Source: Halieaceae bacterium (GTDB taxonomy: Bacteria; Pseudomonadota; Gammaproteobacteria; Pseudomonadales; Halieaceae). Taken from it: a DNA stretch of 64,000 bases. The stretch covers positions 24,794-88,793 of the forward strand of contig CABYND010000009.1 in NCBI GenBank assembly GCA_902520195.1, read 5' to 3'. Position numbers and translations under genes: made by a program. This document shows positions 1-10,890 of the stretch, one piece after another. A model generated the notes under the pieces. That model was not told the origin of the DNA. It did not search any database and was given only the letters and a program-made list of their open reading frames with translations. Numbering within the stretch: the first letter of the stretch is position 1; each line of letters opens with the position of its first letter.

Positions 1-63
1 GTGGTTAGTGGTAAACAGCCAGCGCGAAATGCCCTGAGCCGGTCCGTGATGATGTTCACCCAT
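1..63 (-). CDS. coxA: Cytochrome c oxidase subunit I, N-terminal fragment (runs off the window edge)
   Basis: Hand translation of the minus strand from ATG at 63 gives MGEHHHGPAQGISRWLFTTNH, with the conserved RWLFTTNH motif of COX1. It lies directly downstream of coxB. Confidence 0.9.
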   Translation of the reverse strand, partial: MGEHHHGPAQGISRWLFTTNH

Positions 64-75
64 GGTCTTTTCCCC

Positions 76-1188
76 TTAACCGTTCTTCATGCCGTTGACG
101 TCACCGGGCTGGACGACATCGCCCGTGTTGTTCCCGAATGCGTTGCGCTGGTAGGTCAGCACCGCGGCCATTTCGACATCGTTGAGCTGACCGCCAAAGG
201 CCTGCATCGCTGTTCCCGACACGCCTTTGGCGACCACTGCCATGTGATTGGAAAGGTCGCCCATCACGACGGCACTGCCCGCAATGGCGTTACCGATACC
301 GCCCTGACCCTGCGCCCCATGACAGGCCAGACAGGCGCTGTCGTAAACCGCTTTACCCTGGTCCATCAGGTCGTCCACCGACAGGGTTTGCATCGCCAGC
401 TGGGTCTGCGCCGCCGCCGCACCGCGCTTGGCGGCCATCCAGGCGTCAAATTCGTCTCTCGACACGGCATGCACTTCGACGGGCATAAAGCCGTGGTAGG
501 CGCCGCAAAGCTCCGTACACTGACCGCGATAGATGCCCTCTTCCGGTACCCGCGTCCAGGCTTCGTTGATGAACCCCGGGATCGCGTCGCGCTTCACCGC
601 GATTTCCGGCACCCACCAGGAGTGAATGACATCATTGGCAGTGACCAGAAACCGCACCTTGGTATTGGTCGGGATCACCAGCGGCTCGTCGACTTCCAGT
701 AGGTAATTATCCCCCTTTTTGTCGGTGTTGTAGATCTCTTCCTGGGACGTCGCGAGATTAGAGAAGAAAGCCACCGGCTCGCCGGATTCCAAGAGGTACT
801 CATACTTCCATTTCCACTGGTACCCAGTAATCAGAATGTCCAGCTCGGCTTCGTCATTGTCGTAGACCTCGAGCAAGGTCGATGTTGCCGGCACCGCCAT
901 CGCGATCAGGATCAAAAAGGGGACCACCGTCCAAGCGACCTCAACCTTCGTGCTCTCGTGGAATTGAGATGCCTGATGCCCCTTTGATTTGCGGTGGGCG
1001 TAGATGGAGTAGAACATGACAGCGAACACCGCGACGCCAATCACCACGCAGATCCACATGATCAGCATGTGGAGCTCAAAAATATCTGCGCCGATCTCGG
1101 TCACCCCGGGTGACATGTTGACCTGGTTTTGGGCCGCAGCCAGCGGCGACAAAAATGCCAAGACCGCTCCTGAGAACACTCTCCCCAT
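76..1188 (-). CDS. coxB: Cytochrome c oxidase subunit II with C-terminal cytochrome c domain
   Basis: CuA motif DVIHSWW...GQCTELCGAYHGFM, two TM helices and a C-terminal CLACH heme motif. Start moved to ATG 1188 (GGAG upstream, signal peptide follows). Confidence 0.95.
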   Translation of the reverse strand: MGRVFSGAVLAFLSPLAAAQNQVNMSPGVTEIGADIFELHMLIMWICVVIGVAVFAVMFYSIYAHRKSKGHQASQFHESTKVEVAWTVVPFLILIAMAVPATSTLLEVYDNDEAELDILITGYQWKWKYEYLLESGEPVAFFSNLATSQEEIYNTDKKGDNYLLEVDEPLVIPTNTKVRFLVTANDVIHSWWVPEIAVKRDAIPGFINEAWTRVPEEGIYRGQCTELCGAYHGFMPVEVHAVSRDEFDAWMAAKRGAAAAQTQLAMQTLSVDDLMDQGKAVYDSACLACHGAQGQGGIGNAIAGSAVVMGDLSNHMAVVAKGVSGTAMQAFGGQLNDVEMAAVLTYQRNAFGNNTGDVVQPGDVNGMKNG

Positions 1189-1257
1189 CGCGTGTGTACT
1201 CCGTCTGTTTTTGTGGCGTAGGACCCCAAGCCACTGAGGGGGCCGAAAAGCGCCGCG

Positions 1258-1263
1258 ATTATA
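1258..1263 (-). promoter_or_regulatory. Putative sigma70 -10 element (TATAAT) for coxBA
   Basis: ATTATA on + reads TATAAT on -, about 70 nt upstream of the coxB start. No clear -35. Confidence 0.4.
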
Positions 1264-1362
1264 GCGAAGTTGCTGAAAAATACATGGACAAAAGCGCGCC
1301 GTCCGCCAGCGGAGCGTATGTTCAGCGGGCGGCATTATGAATGCCAATGTTTTCTATTAATT

Positions 1363-1389
1363 CCTCACATAAGTTAAGGTTATGTGAGG
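1363..1389. repeat. Perfect inverted repeat CCTCACATAA-N7-TTATGTGAGG
   Basis: Read directly in the yheV-coxB intergenic region. No U-tract follows on the yheV strand. Confidence 0.7.
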
Positions 1390-1403
1390 GGCGTAGGCTT
1401 GGC

Positions 1404-1649
1404 TTACTCGTCCAGTAAACGCACCGCCTCTGCCTCTGTCTCGACGCGCCGGGCGGCCGCTCGGGTGACACGGGTTGCCGGCATGGTGGCACCGGCATCG
1501 GGTCGCGCCTCGACGAAGCCGCAGGCGATGCATCGACGCTCATCGGTACTGCCGTCGATCACCATGCGATCCATTTCTTGGCAGCTGGGGCACACCGCGC
1601 CCGCCACAAATCGCGGCCGCTGTTTGGGTTCAGAACCAGAATCCGACAT
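1404..1649 (-). CDS. YheV family zinc-ribbon protein
   Basis: RFVAGAVCPSCQEMD...RRCIACGF, a CxxC...CxxC pattern typical of YheV. Confidence 0.85.
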   Translation of the reverse strand: MSDSGSEPKQRPRFVAGAVCPSCQEMDRMVIDGSTDERRCIACGFVEARPDAGATMPATRVTRAAARRVETEAEAVRLLDE

Positions 1650-1789
1650 ACTCGCTCCGCGGCATCCTCTACACAGCCCAACGTTTTCGAAGAACATCAA
1701 AACATTATTTTAACAACCTTGGCGCATGCCACAGACCGCCGCCCACCGCATGGCGGGCAGCGCCACCTGAAGCCAGCAGGAGAGACAGC

Positions 1790-2353
1790 TTGAGCACCAT
1801 CGATTTTAGAGGCGATAGCAATATCCGCAAAGGACTGGGTATTACTCCTGTACTGGGCGAGCGCGTGATGATCGACCCCTCCGCTGTCGTCATGGGTGAT
1901 GTCGCGCTGGGTGATGATGTTAGCGTGTGGCCCCATGCGGCGATGCGCGGCGATGTGCAGGTCATTCGGATCGGTGCACGCACCAACATTCAGGACGGCA
2001 CCGTCCTGCATGTGACCCATGATGGCCCCTATAACCCGGGGGGCTTCCCGCTGCACATTGGCGAAGACGTGACCGTTGGGCATCGCGCGCTACTGCATGG
2101 CTGCACTGTCGGGAACCGTGTGCTGGTCGGCATGGGCGCCATCATTATGGACGCCGTGGTGGTAGAGGACGATGTGATGATAGCCGCCGGCGCGCTGGTG
2201 ACACCGGGCAAAAGGCTACGTAGCGGTTATCTTTATGCGGGCAGCCCCGCCCGCGAGGTCCGCGCGCTGACGGAAAACGAGATCACATTCCTCCCCTACA
2301 GCGCAGCGGGCTATACCTCCCTAAAGCAGCGTTATCTCGACGGCAACGCCTGA
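1790..2353 (+). CDS. Gamma carbonic anhydrase family protein (YrdA-like)
   Basis: Hexapeptide repeats, RGDV, NIQDGTVLHVTH and VGHRALLHGC motifs. TTG start at 1790 with AGGAG RBS. Confidence 0.9.
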   Translation: MSTIDFRGDSNIRKGLGITPVLGERVMIDPSAVVMGDVALGDDVSVWPHAAMRGDVQVIRIGARTNIQDGTVLHVTHDGPYNPGGFPLHIGEDVTVGHRALLHGCTVGNRVLVGMGAIIMDAVVVEDDVMIAAGALVTPGKRLRSGYLYAGSPAREVRALTENEITFLPYSAAGYTSLKQRYLDGNA

Positions 2354-2363
2354 TAGAAAGGCC

Positions 2364-3206
2364 TTACTGCTGTCGCAAATCGGCGATCACCAGTTGTGTA
2401 TTGGGATACTCACCGAGCCACAAATAAAAACTCTCGGCTGCCTGCTCAACGAGCATCCCCAAGCCGTCTCTGGCATCACGTGCACCCTGCTCTACCGCCC
2501 AACGCATGAACGGTGTCGGCCCCTTGCCATAGGCCATGTCATAGCAGCAGCACCCTTCGGCCAATACCGTCTCGCTGGGAAGGGCGGGCATGTCGTTAGA
2601 GAGTCCCGTGCTGGTGCCATTGATGATCACATCCCAAGGCGCCCCCGCCGCCTGCTCATAACCACCGCCCGATACGGGTATGGGCTGCGCCGCCCACTCT
2701 GCCACCAGCGCCTCCGCGCGTTCTGCGGTGCGATTCGCGATGACCAAGGCGGCGGGGCTGGCATCGAGTAATGACGGGATAACGCCCTTAACCGCGCCCC
2801 CGGCACCCAGCACCAAAATGCGCGCACCTTCCAAAATCCAGCCGGCGTTCGCCGTGACATCGATCAGCAAGCCTTTCCCATCGGTATTGTCTGCGTGGAT
2901 CTCGCCCGCCTCATTTGCAGTCAGAAAATTGGCCGCACCCGTCAGCCGTGCCCTGTCCGATACCGTGTCAGCCATATCGAAGGCGCGAGTTTTAAAAGGT
3001 AAGGTGACGTTAAGGCCGTGACCCTCTGCGTTAAAGAAGGCTGATACCCAGCCCTCAAAGTCATCCACTCCGACCCGCTCGGCGCGATAGTCGATCTGCC
3101 TTCTGCCCTGTCGCGCGAAAGCCGCATGAATGCGCGGCGAGAGACTGTGCTCAACCGGATTGCCCACCACGGCGAAGCGCCCTGAAATCAGTTGATCATC
3201 GGTCAT
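2364..3206 (-). CDS. aroE: Shikimate dehydrogenase
   Basis: GNPVEHSLSP, NVTLPFK, DNTDG, GAGGA and DGLGMLVEQAA motifs. Confidence 0.96.
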   Translation of the reverse strand: MTDDQLISGRFAVVGNPVEHSLSPRIHAAFARQGRRQIDYRAERVGVDDFEGWVSAFFNAEGHGLNVTLPFKTRAFDMADTVSDRARLTGAANFLTANEAGEIHADNTDGKGLLIDVTANAGWILEGARILVLGAGGAVKGVIPSLLDASPAALVIANRTAERAEALVAEWAAQPIPVSGGGYEQAAGAPWDVIINGTSTGLSNDMPALPSETVLAEGCCCYDMAYGKGPTPFMRWAVEQGARDARDGLGMLVEQAAESFYLWLGEYPNTQLVIADLRQQ

Positions 3207-3258
3207 CGCTTGAGCGCTTTTCTATCAAGAGCATCAGCATCAACAGGCCCGGCCACCA

Positions 3259-4206
<948 letters not shown>

Positions 4207-4779
4207 TTACCCGCGGATGACCGATCCATCTGCTACCCGACGAATTGTTGATGGTTTGCCGGTCGAGTCAATAGCGCCCGGCATTGCCGGAAGTGTCATA
4301 CCGAAATACCTCCGAAGCTCCCAGATGCTGTGCGGTGGCGGCAGCCCAGCGGGATTTGCGCTGGTTGAGACTAATGGCCCGCCAAATGCCGCACACAGCG
4401 TAGCCAAGGCAGGTGATGACGTCACCCGAATCGCCACCTCGTCGCTATCGCCCGTTATCCAGGATGGGAAAAACCCTTTGTGGGGCACCAGCCAGGTATT
4501 GGGCCCGGGCCAGGATGCCAGCATCGTCTCACGCTGCTCGGATGGCAGGTCACTGAGCACATCAGCGAACACATCACTGCTCGCACCAACCACAATCAGG
4601 CCCTTGCTGACCTCGCGCTGCTTCATAGCCAAAAGGTCCAGCACCGCGCCTTCATCGAAGGGATCACAGCTCAGTCCCCACACGCCCTCTGCCGGACACG
4701 CCACCACCCCGCCCGCCCAGAGCGACTCCGCCAACTGGGGCGCTCGCCAGCGAGAGTGCAGCTCAGGTCCCAAATTCAT
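4207..4779 (-). CDS. tsaC: L-threonylcarbamoyladenylate synthase (YrdC/Sua5 family)
   Basis: [26 protein letters not shown] and LVSTSAN motifs. Start moved to ATG 4779. Confidence 0.92.
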   Translation of the reverse strand: MNLGPELHSRWRAPQLAESLWAGGVVACPAEGVWGLSCDPFDEGAVLDLLAMKQREVSKGLIVVGASSDVFADVLSDLPSEQRETMLASWPGPNTWLVPHKGFFPSWITGDSDEVAIRVTSSPALATLCAAFGGPLVSTSANPAGLPPPHSIWELRRYFGMTLPAMPGAIDSTGKPSTIRRVADGSVIRG

Positions 4780-5123
4780 CGCAATGCCAGCGCCGTGTAA
4801 AAGACAGGCCCGCACCTTACCCCAGACGCCAGCGCCGCCGCACCATCGGATACCACCAATACAGCAAGCGCACAGGTGACGATAAGTCGCCGGGCCACGG
4901 GTCGGCCCGACCCGTTCCAGTCGAGAAGGCCACCCATGCAGATCGCAATCCATTTGCTCACTTCCACAGCATTCATTCCATTGTGCACTGCCCGCCTCAT
5001 CTGCCAACAGAGACTTGGCATCGCGGTATAATCTCAGTGTGTGGCGTTGATTCGGGCAGAGCAAGACCAAATCCGAACACTTTTCTCCACTACACATCCG
5101 CATTGGCACTGGAAGCGCGGCAC

Positions 5124-5630
5124 ATGGCCCTACTCCCTATTCTTGAGTTTCCCGACCCGCGACTGCGCACGCGCGCAGTACCTGTTGTCGCGGTCGATGC
5201 AAGAATTCAACAGCTTGTCGATGACATGTTCGAGACCATGTATGCGGCGCCCGGCATTGGCCTGGCGGCCAGTCAGGTCGATGTCCACGAGCGCGTGATT
5301 GTCATGGATCTCAGTGAGGATCATTCGGATCCCAGAGTCTTTATTAACCCCGAGATCACCGTCATCGATGAGACACTGGGTTCCTATGATGAGGGCTGTT
5401 TGTCTGTGCCCGGATTCTACGAGACCGTCGAGCGGCCCCAGATTGTTGAGGTCACGGCACTCGACCACGACGGCGCCGAATTCACAGAGCGACTCGATGG
5501 CCTCATGGGTATCTGTCTGCAGCACGAGATAGACCATCTTGAAGGCAAACTGTTCGTCGATTACCTGTCACCGCTGAAGCGACAGCGCATTCGCAGCAAG
5601 CTCGTCAAAGAACAAAAACGCCGCGCCTGA
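5124..5630 (+). CDS. def: Peptide deformylase
   Basis: [16 protein letters not shown] and QHEIDHLEG motifs. Confidence 0.97.
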   Translation: MALLPILEFPDPRLRTRAVPVVAVDARIQQLVDDMFETMYAAPGIGLAASQVDVHERVIVMDLSEDHSDPRVFINPEITVIDETLGSYDEGCLSVPGFYETVERPQIVEVTALDHDGAEFTERLDGLMGICLQHEIDHLEGKLFVDYLSPLKRQRIRSKLVKEQKRRA

Positions 5631-5633
5631 TCG

Positions 5634-6596
5634 ATGTCGATACCGCTCAAAGTGGTTTTCGCGGGCACCCCGGACTTCGCTGCCCGACATCTTCAGGGTC
5701 TGATTGATTCACCCCACCGGATCGTTGCGGTGATGAGCCAGCCCGATCGGCCCTCGGGCCGAGGAAAACGCCTGCAACCCTCCCCAGTCAAGGCGGTGGC
5801 ACTCGACGCAGAACTGCCTATCTGGCAACCAGCGTCACTGAAAAACGCTGACAGCGAGGCCACCCTGTCGCATTACCACGCCGACATTCTGGTGGTTGTG
5901 GCCTATGGGCTGATTCTGCCCGCCGCCATATTGGATATCCCGCGGCTGGGTTGCCTCAATGTTCACGCCTCTTTATTACCGCGGTGGCGCGGTGCCGCAC
6001 CGGTCCAGCGCGCGATCGAAGCGGGAGATACCGAGACGGGCGTCAGTATTATGGCGATGGAGCCCGGCCTGGATACCGGCCCCGTGCTCCTCACCCGAAC
6101 GCTGCCCATCAGCACCAACCACTCCAGCGGCGCGCTGCTTGATGATCTTGCTCAACTCGGTGTCACCGCACTGGTCGACAGTCTTGAGAACATTCACAAC
6201 CTATTAGCCACCGCCGCGCCACAGGATGACAGTCAGGCCACCTACGCCCATAAGATCTCCAAGCAGGAGGGTGCGCTCGATTGGTCAGCAGCCGCAGCCG
6301 TGCTGGCGCGACGAGTGCGAGCGTTTCATCCGGCGCCCGGCTGTTACACCCACCTTGGCGGCGACAGACTCAAGGTGTTATCCGCTCATGCCGTCGATGA
6401 ACCTCACGAAGGGAACTCAGGCGAGATCATCGCAGCCGAGGAAGCCGGTATTCGGGTGAGCTGCGGTGAGGGACAACTGGTCATCACCGAGGCGCAGCTC
6501 CCCGGGGCGAAGGCACAGTCTGTGGCCACCCTCTTGCGTGGTCATCAGGCACTATTTCAACCCGGGCAGCGCCTTGGCGACGCTAACCTAAGCTGA
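5634..6596 (+). CDS. fmt: Methionyl-tRNA formyltransferase
   Basis: FAGTPDFA and NVHASLLPRWRGAAP motifs. Follows def. Confidence 0.97.
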   Translation: MSIPLKVVFAGTPDFAARHLQGLIDSPHRIVAVMSQPDRPSGRGKRLQPSPVKAVALDAELPIWQPASLKNADSEATLSHYHADILVVVAYGLILPAAILDIPRLGCLNVHASLLPRWRGAAPVQRAIEAGDTETGVSIMAMEPGLDTGPVLLTRTLPISTNHSSGALLDDLAQLGVTALVDSLENIHNLLATAAPQDDSQATYAHKISKQEGALDWSAAAAVLARRVRAFHPAPGCYTHLGGDRLKVLSAHAVDEPHEGNSGEIIAAEEAGIRVSCGEGQLVITEAQLPGAKAQSVATLLRGHQALFQPGQRLGDANLS

Positions 6597-6598
6597 TC

Positions 6599-7891
6599 GT
6601 GTCCTCGCCCCGGGCCGTTGCGGCGGACATCATTGGTCGGGTAATCGCCGGGCAGTCATTAAACCGGCTCCTGCCGGAAGCACTCGATGCGGTAGCCACC
6701 ATGCAGCGGCCACTTTGCCAGGAGTTGGTGTACGGCACGCTACGGGAATGGCACTGCCTCGAAGCAGTCTGCCTCAGCTTTCTCGCCAAGCCGCTGCGAC
6801 GAAAAGACCAGGACATCATGGCCCTGCTGTGTATTGGGCTTTATGAGCTTGAGCACCTGAGCACCCCCGCCCACGCGGTCGTTTCAGAGACCGTCAACGC
6901 CTCCCGGGCACTTAAGAAGCCCTGGGCCAAAGGGGTGGTGAATGGCGTACTGCGCGCATACCAACGTCAGGAGAGTGTCGCCGCCGAGGCGCTGTCGCCA
7001 GCGGCACAGCGGGCACTGCCTGCCTGGCTGCACGCCGCGCTGAGCACTCAGTATGACGACGCCGCGGAGCAGATCGCCTTTGCTGCTCGCCATCGGCCGC
7101 CCATGACCTTGAGGGTCAACCAACTTAAAAGTACCCGGGATGACTACCTGCACTCGCTGACAGAAGCAGAGATAGAGGCAACACCCTGCGCCGTTTCAGA
7201 CGACGGTGTCGTGCTCCGTCGACCGGTCGATGTGGGATCGTTGCCCGGCTTTATCGAGGGTGTCGCCAGCGTTCAGGACAGCGCGGCCCAACTGGTCGCT
7301 CGCCTCTTGGACCCGCAGGCCGGTGAGCGGATTCTCGATGCGTGTTCGGCACCGGGGGGTAAAGCCTGTCATCTGCTCGAGCTCCAGCCCGCCATTGAGG
7401 AGCTGGTCGCACTGGACATCAGCGAGCCCCGATTACAGCGCGTCATTGAAAATACCGAGCGGCTGGATCTTCAACTGACCCCGCTCGTAGCCGACGCCAG
7501 CGCGCTACCGGACACGCTTCTGGCCACACCCTTCGATGCCATTCTGGCCGACGTGCCCTGCTCTGCCACCGGTGTCATGAGACGCAACCCGGATATCAAA
7601 ATCCTCAGAGAGCCAGACGACATCGCGGGTTTTGCCGGCCAACAACTGGCTATATTGGCTGGGCTCTGGCCGGCCCTGAAGCCGGGAGGTCGATTGCTTT
7701 ATGTCACCTGCTCGGTGTTGGCCGCAGAAAACGACGAGGTCGTCGACCGGTTCGCCGCCCAACACGGTGCGCAGATTGACGCGCTAACACTTGGCACCGG
7801 GATGCCGCGCCAGCGTGGCTGGCAGACCTTGCCGGATCAGCATGGTGGCGACGGGCTGTATTTTGCGTTGTTGCGCAAAACCACCGAGTAG
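6599..7891 (+). CDS. rsmB: 16S rRNA m5C967 methyltransferase
   Basis: NusB-like N-terminus, LDACSAPGGK, DVPCSATG and YVTCS motifs. Confidence 0.95.
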   Translation: MSSPRAVAADIIGRVIAGQSLNRLLPEALDAVATMQRPLCQELVYGTLREWHCLEAVCLSFLAKPLRRKDQDIMALLCIGLYELEHLSTPAHAVVSETVNASRALKKPWAKGVVNGVLRAYQRQESVAAEALSPAAQRALPAWLHAALSTQYDDAAEQIAFAARHRPPMTLRVNQLKSTRDDYLHSLTEAEIEATPCAVSDDGVVLRRPVDVGSLPGFIEGVASVQDSAAQLVARLLDPQAGERILDACSAPGGKACHLLELQPAIEELVALDISEPRLQRVIENTERLDLQLTPLVADASALPDTLLATPFDAILADVPCSATGVMRRNPDIKILREPDDIAGFAGQQLAILAGLWPALKPGGRLLYVTCSVLAAENDEVVDRFAAQHGAQIDALTLGTGMPRQRGWQTLPDQHGGDGLYFALLRKTTE

Positions 7892-7989
7892 CACTGCAAG
7901 CCCCTCCACCAACGTAAGTAATCCACATGGCGTGGCGGGTTTCACTTGGTTTAAGGTGTCGTCGGGTCGTTGGGAGGGTCCAGAGGCCG

Positions 7990-9366
7990 GTGAAGATCAT
8001 TATCCTCGGAGCGGGGCAAGTCGGCGGCACGCTGGCTGAACACCTCGCCGATGAGCAAAACGACATCACAGTCGTCGACGAGCGCGCCGTCACCCTGAAG
8101 CGACTCCAGGAACGGCTGGATATCCGGACGGTGTTGGGCAACGGGGCTCACCCCTCCGCATTACTGAACGCGGGCGCAGAGGACGCCGACATGCTGATTG
8201 CGGTCACCGACAGTGATGAGATCAACATGCTGGCCTGCTCAGTGGCTTTCACATTGTACAGAACGCCCACCAAGATCAGCCGCGTGCGCTCCGCAGACTA
8301 CCTCGCCAAACATCAGGCGCTGTTTGAATCGGGTTCGATTCCGGTCGACGTCATCATCGGCCCCGAGCAGCTCGTGACAAAAAATATCGAGCAGCTCATC
8401 GCCAACCCCGGCTCACTGCAGGTGCTTGATTTTGCCGAGGGCCGCATTCGGCTGGTTGCGGTGAAAGCGGTCGCAGGCGGGCCCATTGTCGGGCGGGAAT
8501 TGCAGGAGATTCGCGAGCACATGCCTCGGGTGGACACCCGGGTCGCGGCGATTTTCAGGCGCGGCGGCGAGCCCATCATTCCCGAGGGTGGGACGGTGGT
8601 CGAGCCTGACGACGAAGTGTTTTTTATTGCCGCCAGGGAACATATCCGCGATGTGACGTCCGAGCTTCGCGAGGTAGATAAGCCCTACAAACGGATCATG
8701 ATTGCAGGGGGCGGCAACATCGGCGCCACACTCGCAAAGCGTCTCGAAAAGGACTACCAGGTCAAAGTCATCGAGCGCTCCTATGACCGGTGCCGGGTGC
8801 TATCAGACATACTGGAAAGCAGCATCGTATTGCACGGTAGCGGCAATGAACCGCTGCTGCTCCAACAGGAAAATATCGAAAATACCGACGTCTTTTGCGC
8901 ACTCACGGACAACGACGAATCCAACATCATGATGTCCATGTTGGCGAAACGGCTTGGCGCGAAAAAGGCGATCACACTGATCACCAATTCAGCCTATGCG
9001 GACTTGATTGGCGAGGAAATCGACATCGCCATCTCACCGCAGCAAATCACTATTAGCAGCCTGCTCATGCATGTTCGACGCGGTGACATCAGCGCCGTGC
9101 ACTCGTTGCGCCGCGGTGCCGCTGAGGCCATCGAAGTGACAGCGCATGGGGACTCACGATCATCCAAGGTCGTGGGACGAAGGCTGGACGGATTGAACCT
9201 CCCCTCTAGTGTGACCGTTGGGGCCATCCTGCGCGGAGACGCCGTGCTGATAGCGCATGATCATGTGGTGATCGAAGCCAATGACCACGTCATTCTTTTC
9301 TTGACCGACCGCACGCAGATTTCTGCAGTCGAAAAATTGTTTGCGGTGGGATTCGGCTTCATCTGA
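7990..9366 (+). CDS. trkA: Trk potassium uptake NAD-binding subunit
   Basis: Two RCK domains (IILGAGQVG, IAGGGNIG) and HSLRRGAAEAIE. GTG start at 7990. Confidence 0.95.
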   Translation: MKIIILGAGQVGGTLAEHLADEQNDITVVDERAVTLKRLQERLDIRTVLGNGAHPSALLNAGAEDADMLIAVTDSDEINMLACSVAFTLYRTPTKISRVRSADYLAKHQALFESGSIPVDVIIGPEQLVTKNIEQLIANPGSLQVLDFAEGRIRLVAVKAVAGGPIVGRELQEIREHMPRVDTRVAAIFRRGGEPIIPEGGTVVEPDDEVFFIAAREHIRDVTSELREVDKPYKRIMIAGGGNIGATLAKRLEKDYQVKVIERSYDRCRVLSDILESSIVLHGSGNEPLLLQQENIENTDVFCALTDNDESNIMMSMLAKRLGAKKAITLITNSAYADLIGEEIDIAISPQQITISSLLMHVRRGDISAVHSLRRGAAEAIEVTAHGDSRSSKVVGRRLDGLNLPSSVTVGAILRGDAVLIAHDHVVIEANDHVILFLTDRTQISAVEKLFAVGFGFI

Positions 9367-10814
9367 TGCAATTCGCCATGGCGTTCAAGATCATCGGCGT
9401 CTTGCTGATCCTGTTCAGCACCGCGATGTTGCCATCGCTGCTCCTGTCGCTGATCGCCAAAGATGGTATCGAGTCCGCATTTGCCACAGGGCTCGCCACC
9501 ACGCTGTTTGCCGGCGTTATGCTGTGGCTGCCGACGCGGCACCTGAGTCGCGATCTGAATATCCGCGACGGGTTCATGGTCACCGCGCTGTTTTGGGTTG
9601 TGCTGGGTTTGTTCGGCGCCATACCGCTGTGGCTTGCCCCCGATCTCGCCCTGACCCCCGTCGGCGCAATTTTTGAATCGATCTCGGGCCTCACCACCAC
9701 CGGCGCAACGGTGATTACCGGCCTCGACAAATTGCCACAGTCGTTACTGTTCTACCGGCAACTGCTGCAGTGGCTGGGTGGCATCGGTATTATTGTGCTG
9801 GCCGTGGCGATCCTGCCCATGCTTGGCATCGGCGGCATGCAGCTATATCGGGCTGAGAGCGCCGGCCCCTCCAAAGATCGCAAGCTGACACCGCGTATTA
9901 CCAGCACCGCCAAGGCCCTGTTCGGGATCTACTTGCTGTTAACCATTGCCTGCGCGGCGAGTTATTTCGCTGCGGGTATGTCGATGTTCCATGCGATCTG
10001 CCACGCTTTTTCCACAGTGGCGATTGGCGGCTTCTCCACCCATGACGCCAGTCTGGGGCACTACGAGCAGAACCGTGTGCTGCTGGTGAGCTCGGTATTC
10101 ATGCTGCTGTCTGCCATCAACTTTGGGCTGCACTTTGTTGCGCTTCAGCGCCGCAACCTGCGCGTCTATGCTCGTGACTCCGAAACGGCATTTTTTATCA
10201 CCGTGATTGCATCTGCGACGATCGTGGTCTGTTGCCTGCTGCTGACGACCGAAACCCTTAATTTCGAAAATAGTATGATTCACGGGCTCTTCCAGACTAT
10301 CTCTATCGCCACCACAACCGGATTCACCACCCAGGATTTTTCGGTCTGGCCGCTGTTTCTGCCGATACTGCTGTTAATTCTGAGTTTTATGGGTGGCTGT
10401 GTGGGCTCCACCGGCGGCGGCATGAAGGCCATGCGCATTTTGCTCATCTTCCGCCAGGGTGTGCGGGAGCTGCGCCAGCTGCTCCACCCCAACGCGGTGA
10501 TCCCCCTTAAGCTGGATGCTAGACGGGTACAAACCGAAGTAATCAGCGCCGTCTGGAGTTTCTTTGCGGTATATATGTTCTGCTTTGTGCTGATCTGGCT
10601 GGCCTTGCTGGCAACCAACCTAGACTTTGTCTCCGCTTTCTCCGCCGTGGTGGCCACGATGAACAATCTCGGGCCAGGGCTCGGCGAAGTGGCCAAACAC
10701 TATGGTGCTGTCAGCGAACCGGGCAAGCTGACTCTTTGCCTCGCCATGCTCATGGGCCGGCTGGAGGTCTTTACCCTGCTGGTATTGCTTACGCCCGCGT
10801 TCTGGCGGCATTGA
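9366..10814 (+). CDS. trkH: Trk potassium uptake membrane protein
   Basis: FESISGLTTTGAT, QWLGGIGII, GSTGGG and NNLGPGLG motifs. Confidence 0.95.
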   Translation: MQFAMAFKIIGVLLILFSTAMLPSLLLSLIAKDGIESAFATGLATTLFAGVMLWLPTRHLSRDLNIRDGFMVTALFWVVLGLFGAIPLWLAPDLALTPVGAIFESISGLTTTGATVITGLDKLPQSLLFYRQLLQWLGGIGIIVLAVAILPMLGIGGMQLYRAESAGPSKDRKLTPRITSTAKALFGIYLLLTIACAASYFAAGMSMFHAICHAFSTVAIGGFSTHDASLGHYEQNRVLLVSSVFMLLSAINFGLHFVALQRRNLRVYARDSETAFFITVIASATIVVCCLLLTTETLNFENSMIHGLFQTISIATTTGFTTQDFSVWPLFLPILLLILSFMGGCVGSTGGGMKAMRILLIFRQGVRELRQLLHPNAVIPLKLDARRVQTEVISAVWSFFAVYMFCFVLIWLALLATNLDFVSAFSAVVATMNNLGPGLGEVAKHYGAVSEPGKLTLCLAMLMGRLEVFTLLVLLTPAFWRH

Positions 10815-10890
10815 TCTCATGTTGCTAACGCTGAGCTATTTTTTATATCTCGAATAATTTGCTTCGCAGTGAGCTTGCGCAGGAGCGTGG

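Noticed and set aside
1-702. 233-aa + strand ORF antisense to coxB
   Set aside because: Shadow ORF with no motifs, fully opposite a well-supported gene. The same applies to 17164-17865, 24501-25502, 33182-33931 and 36715-37515.
4780-5109. Long N-terminal extension of tsaC in the ORF track
   Set aside because: Not protein-like, and similarity begins at ATG 4779. Extensions on coxB, gamma-CA, def, gyrB, uvrD, recG, ridA and DUF482 were trimmed for the same reason.
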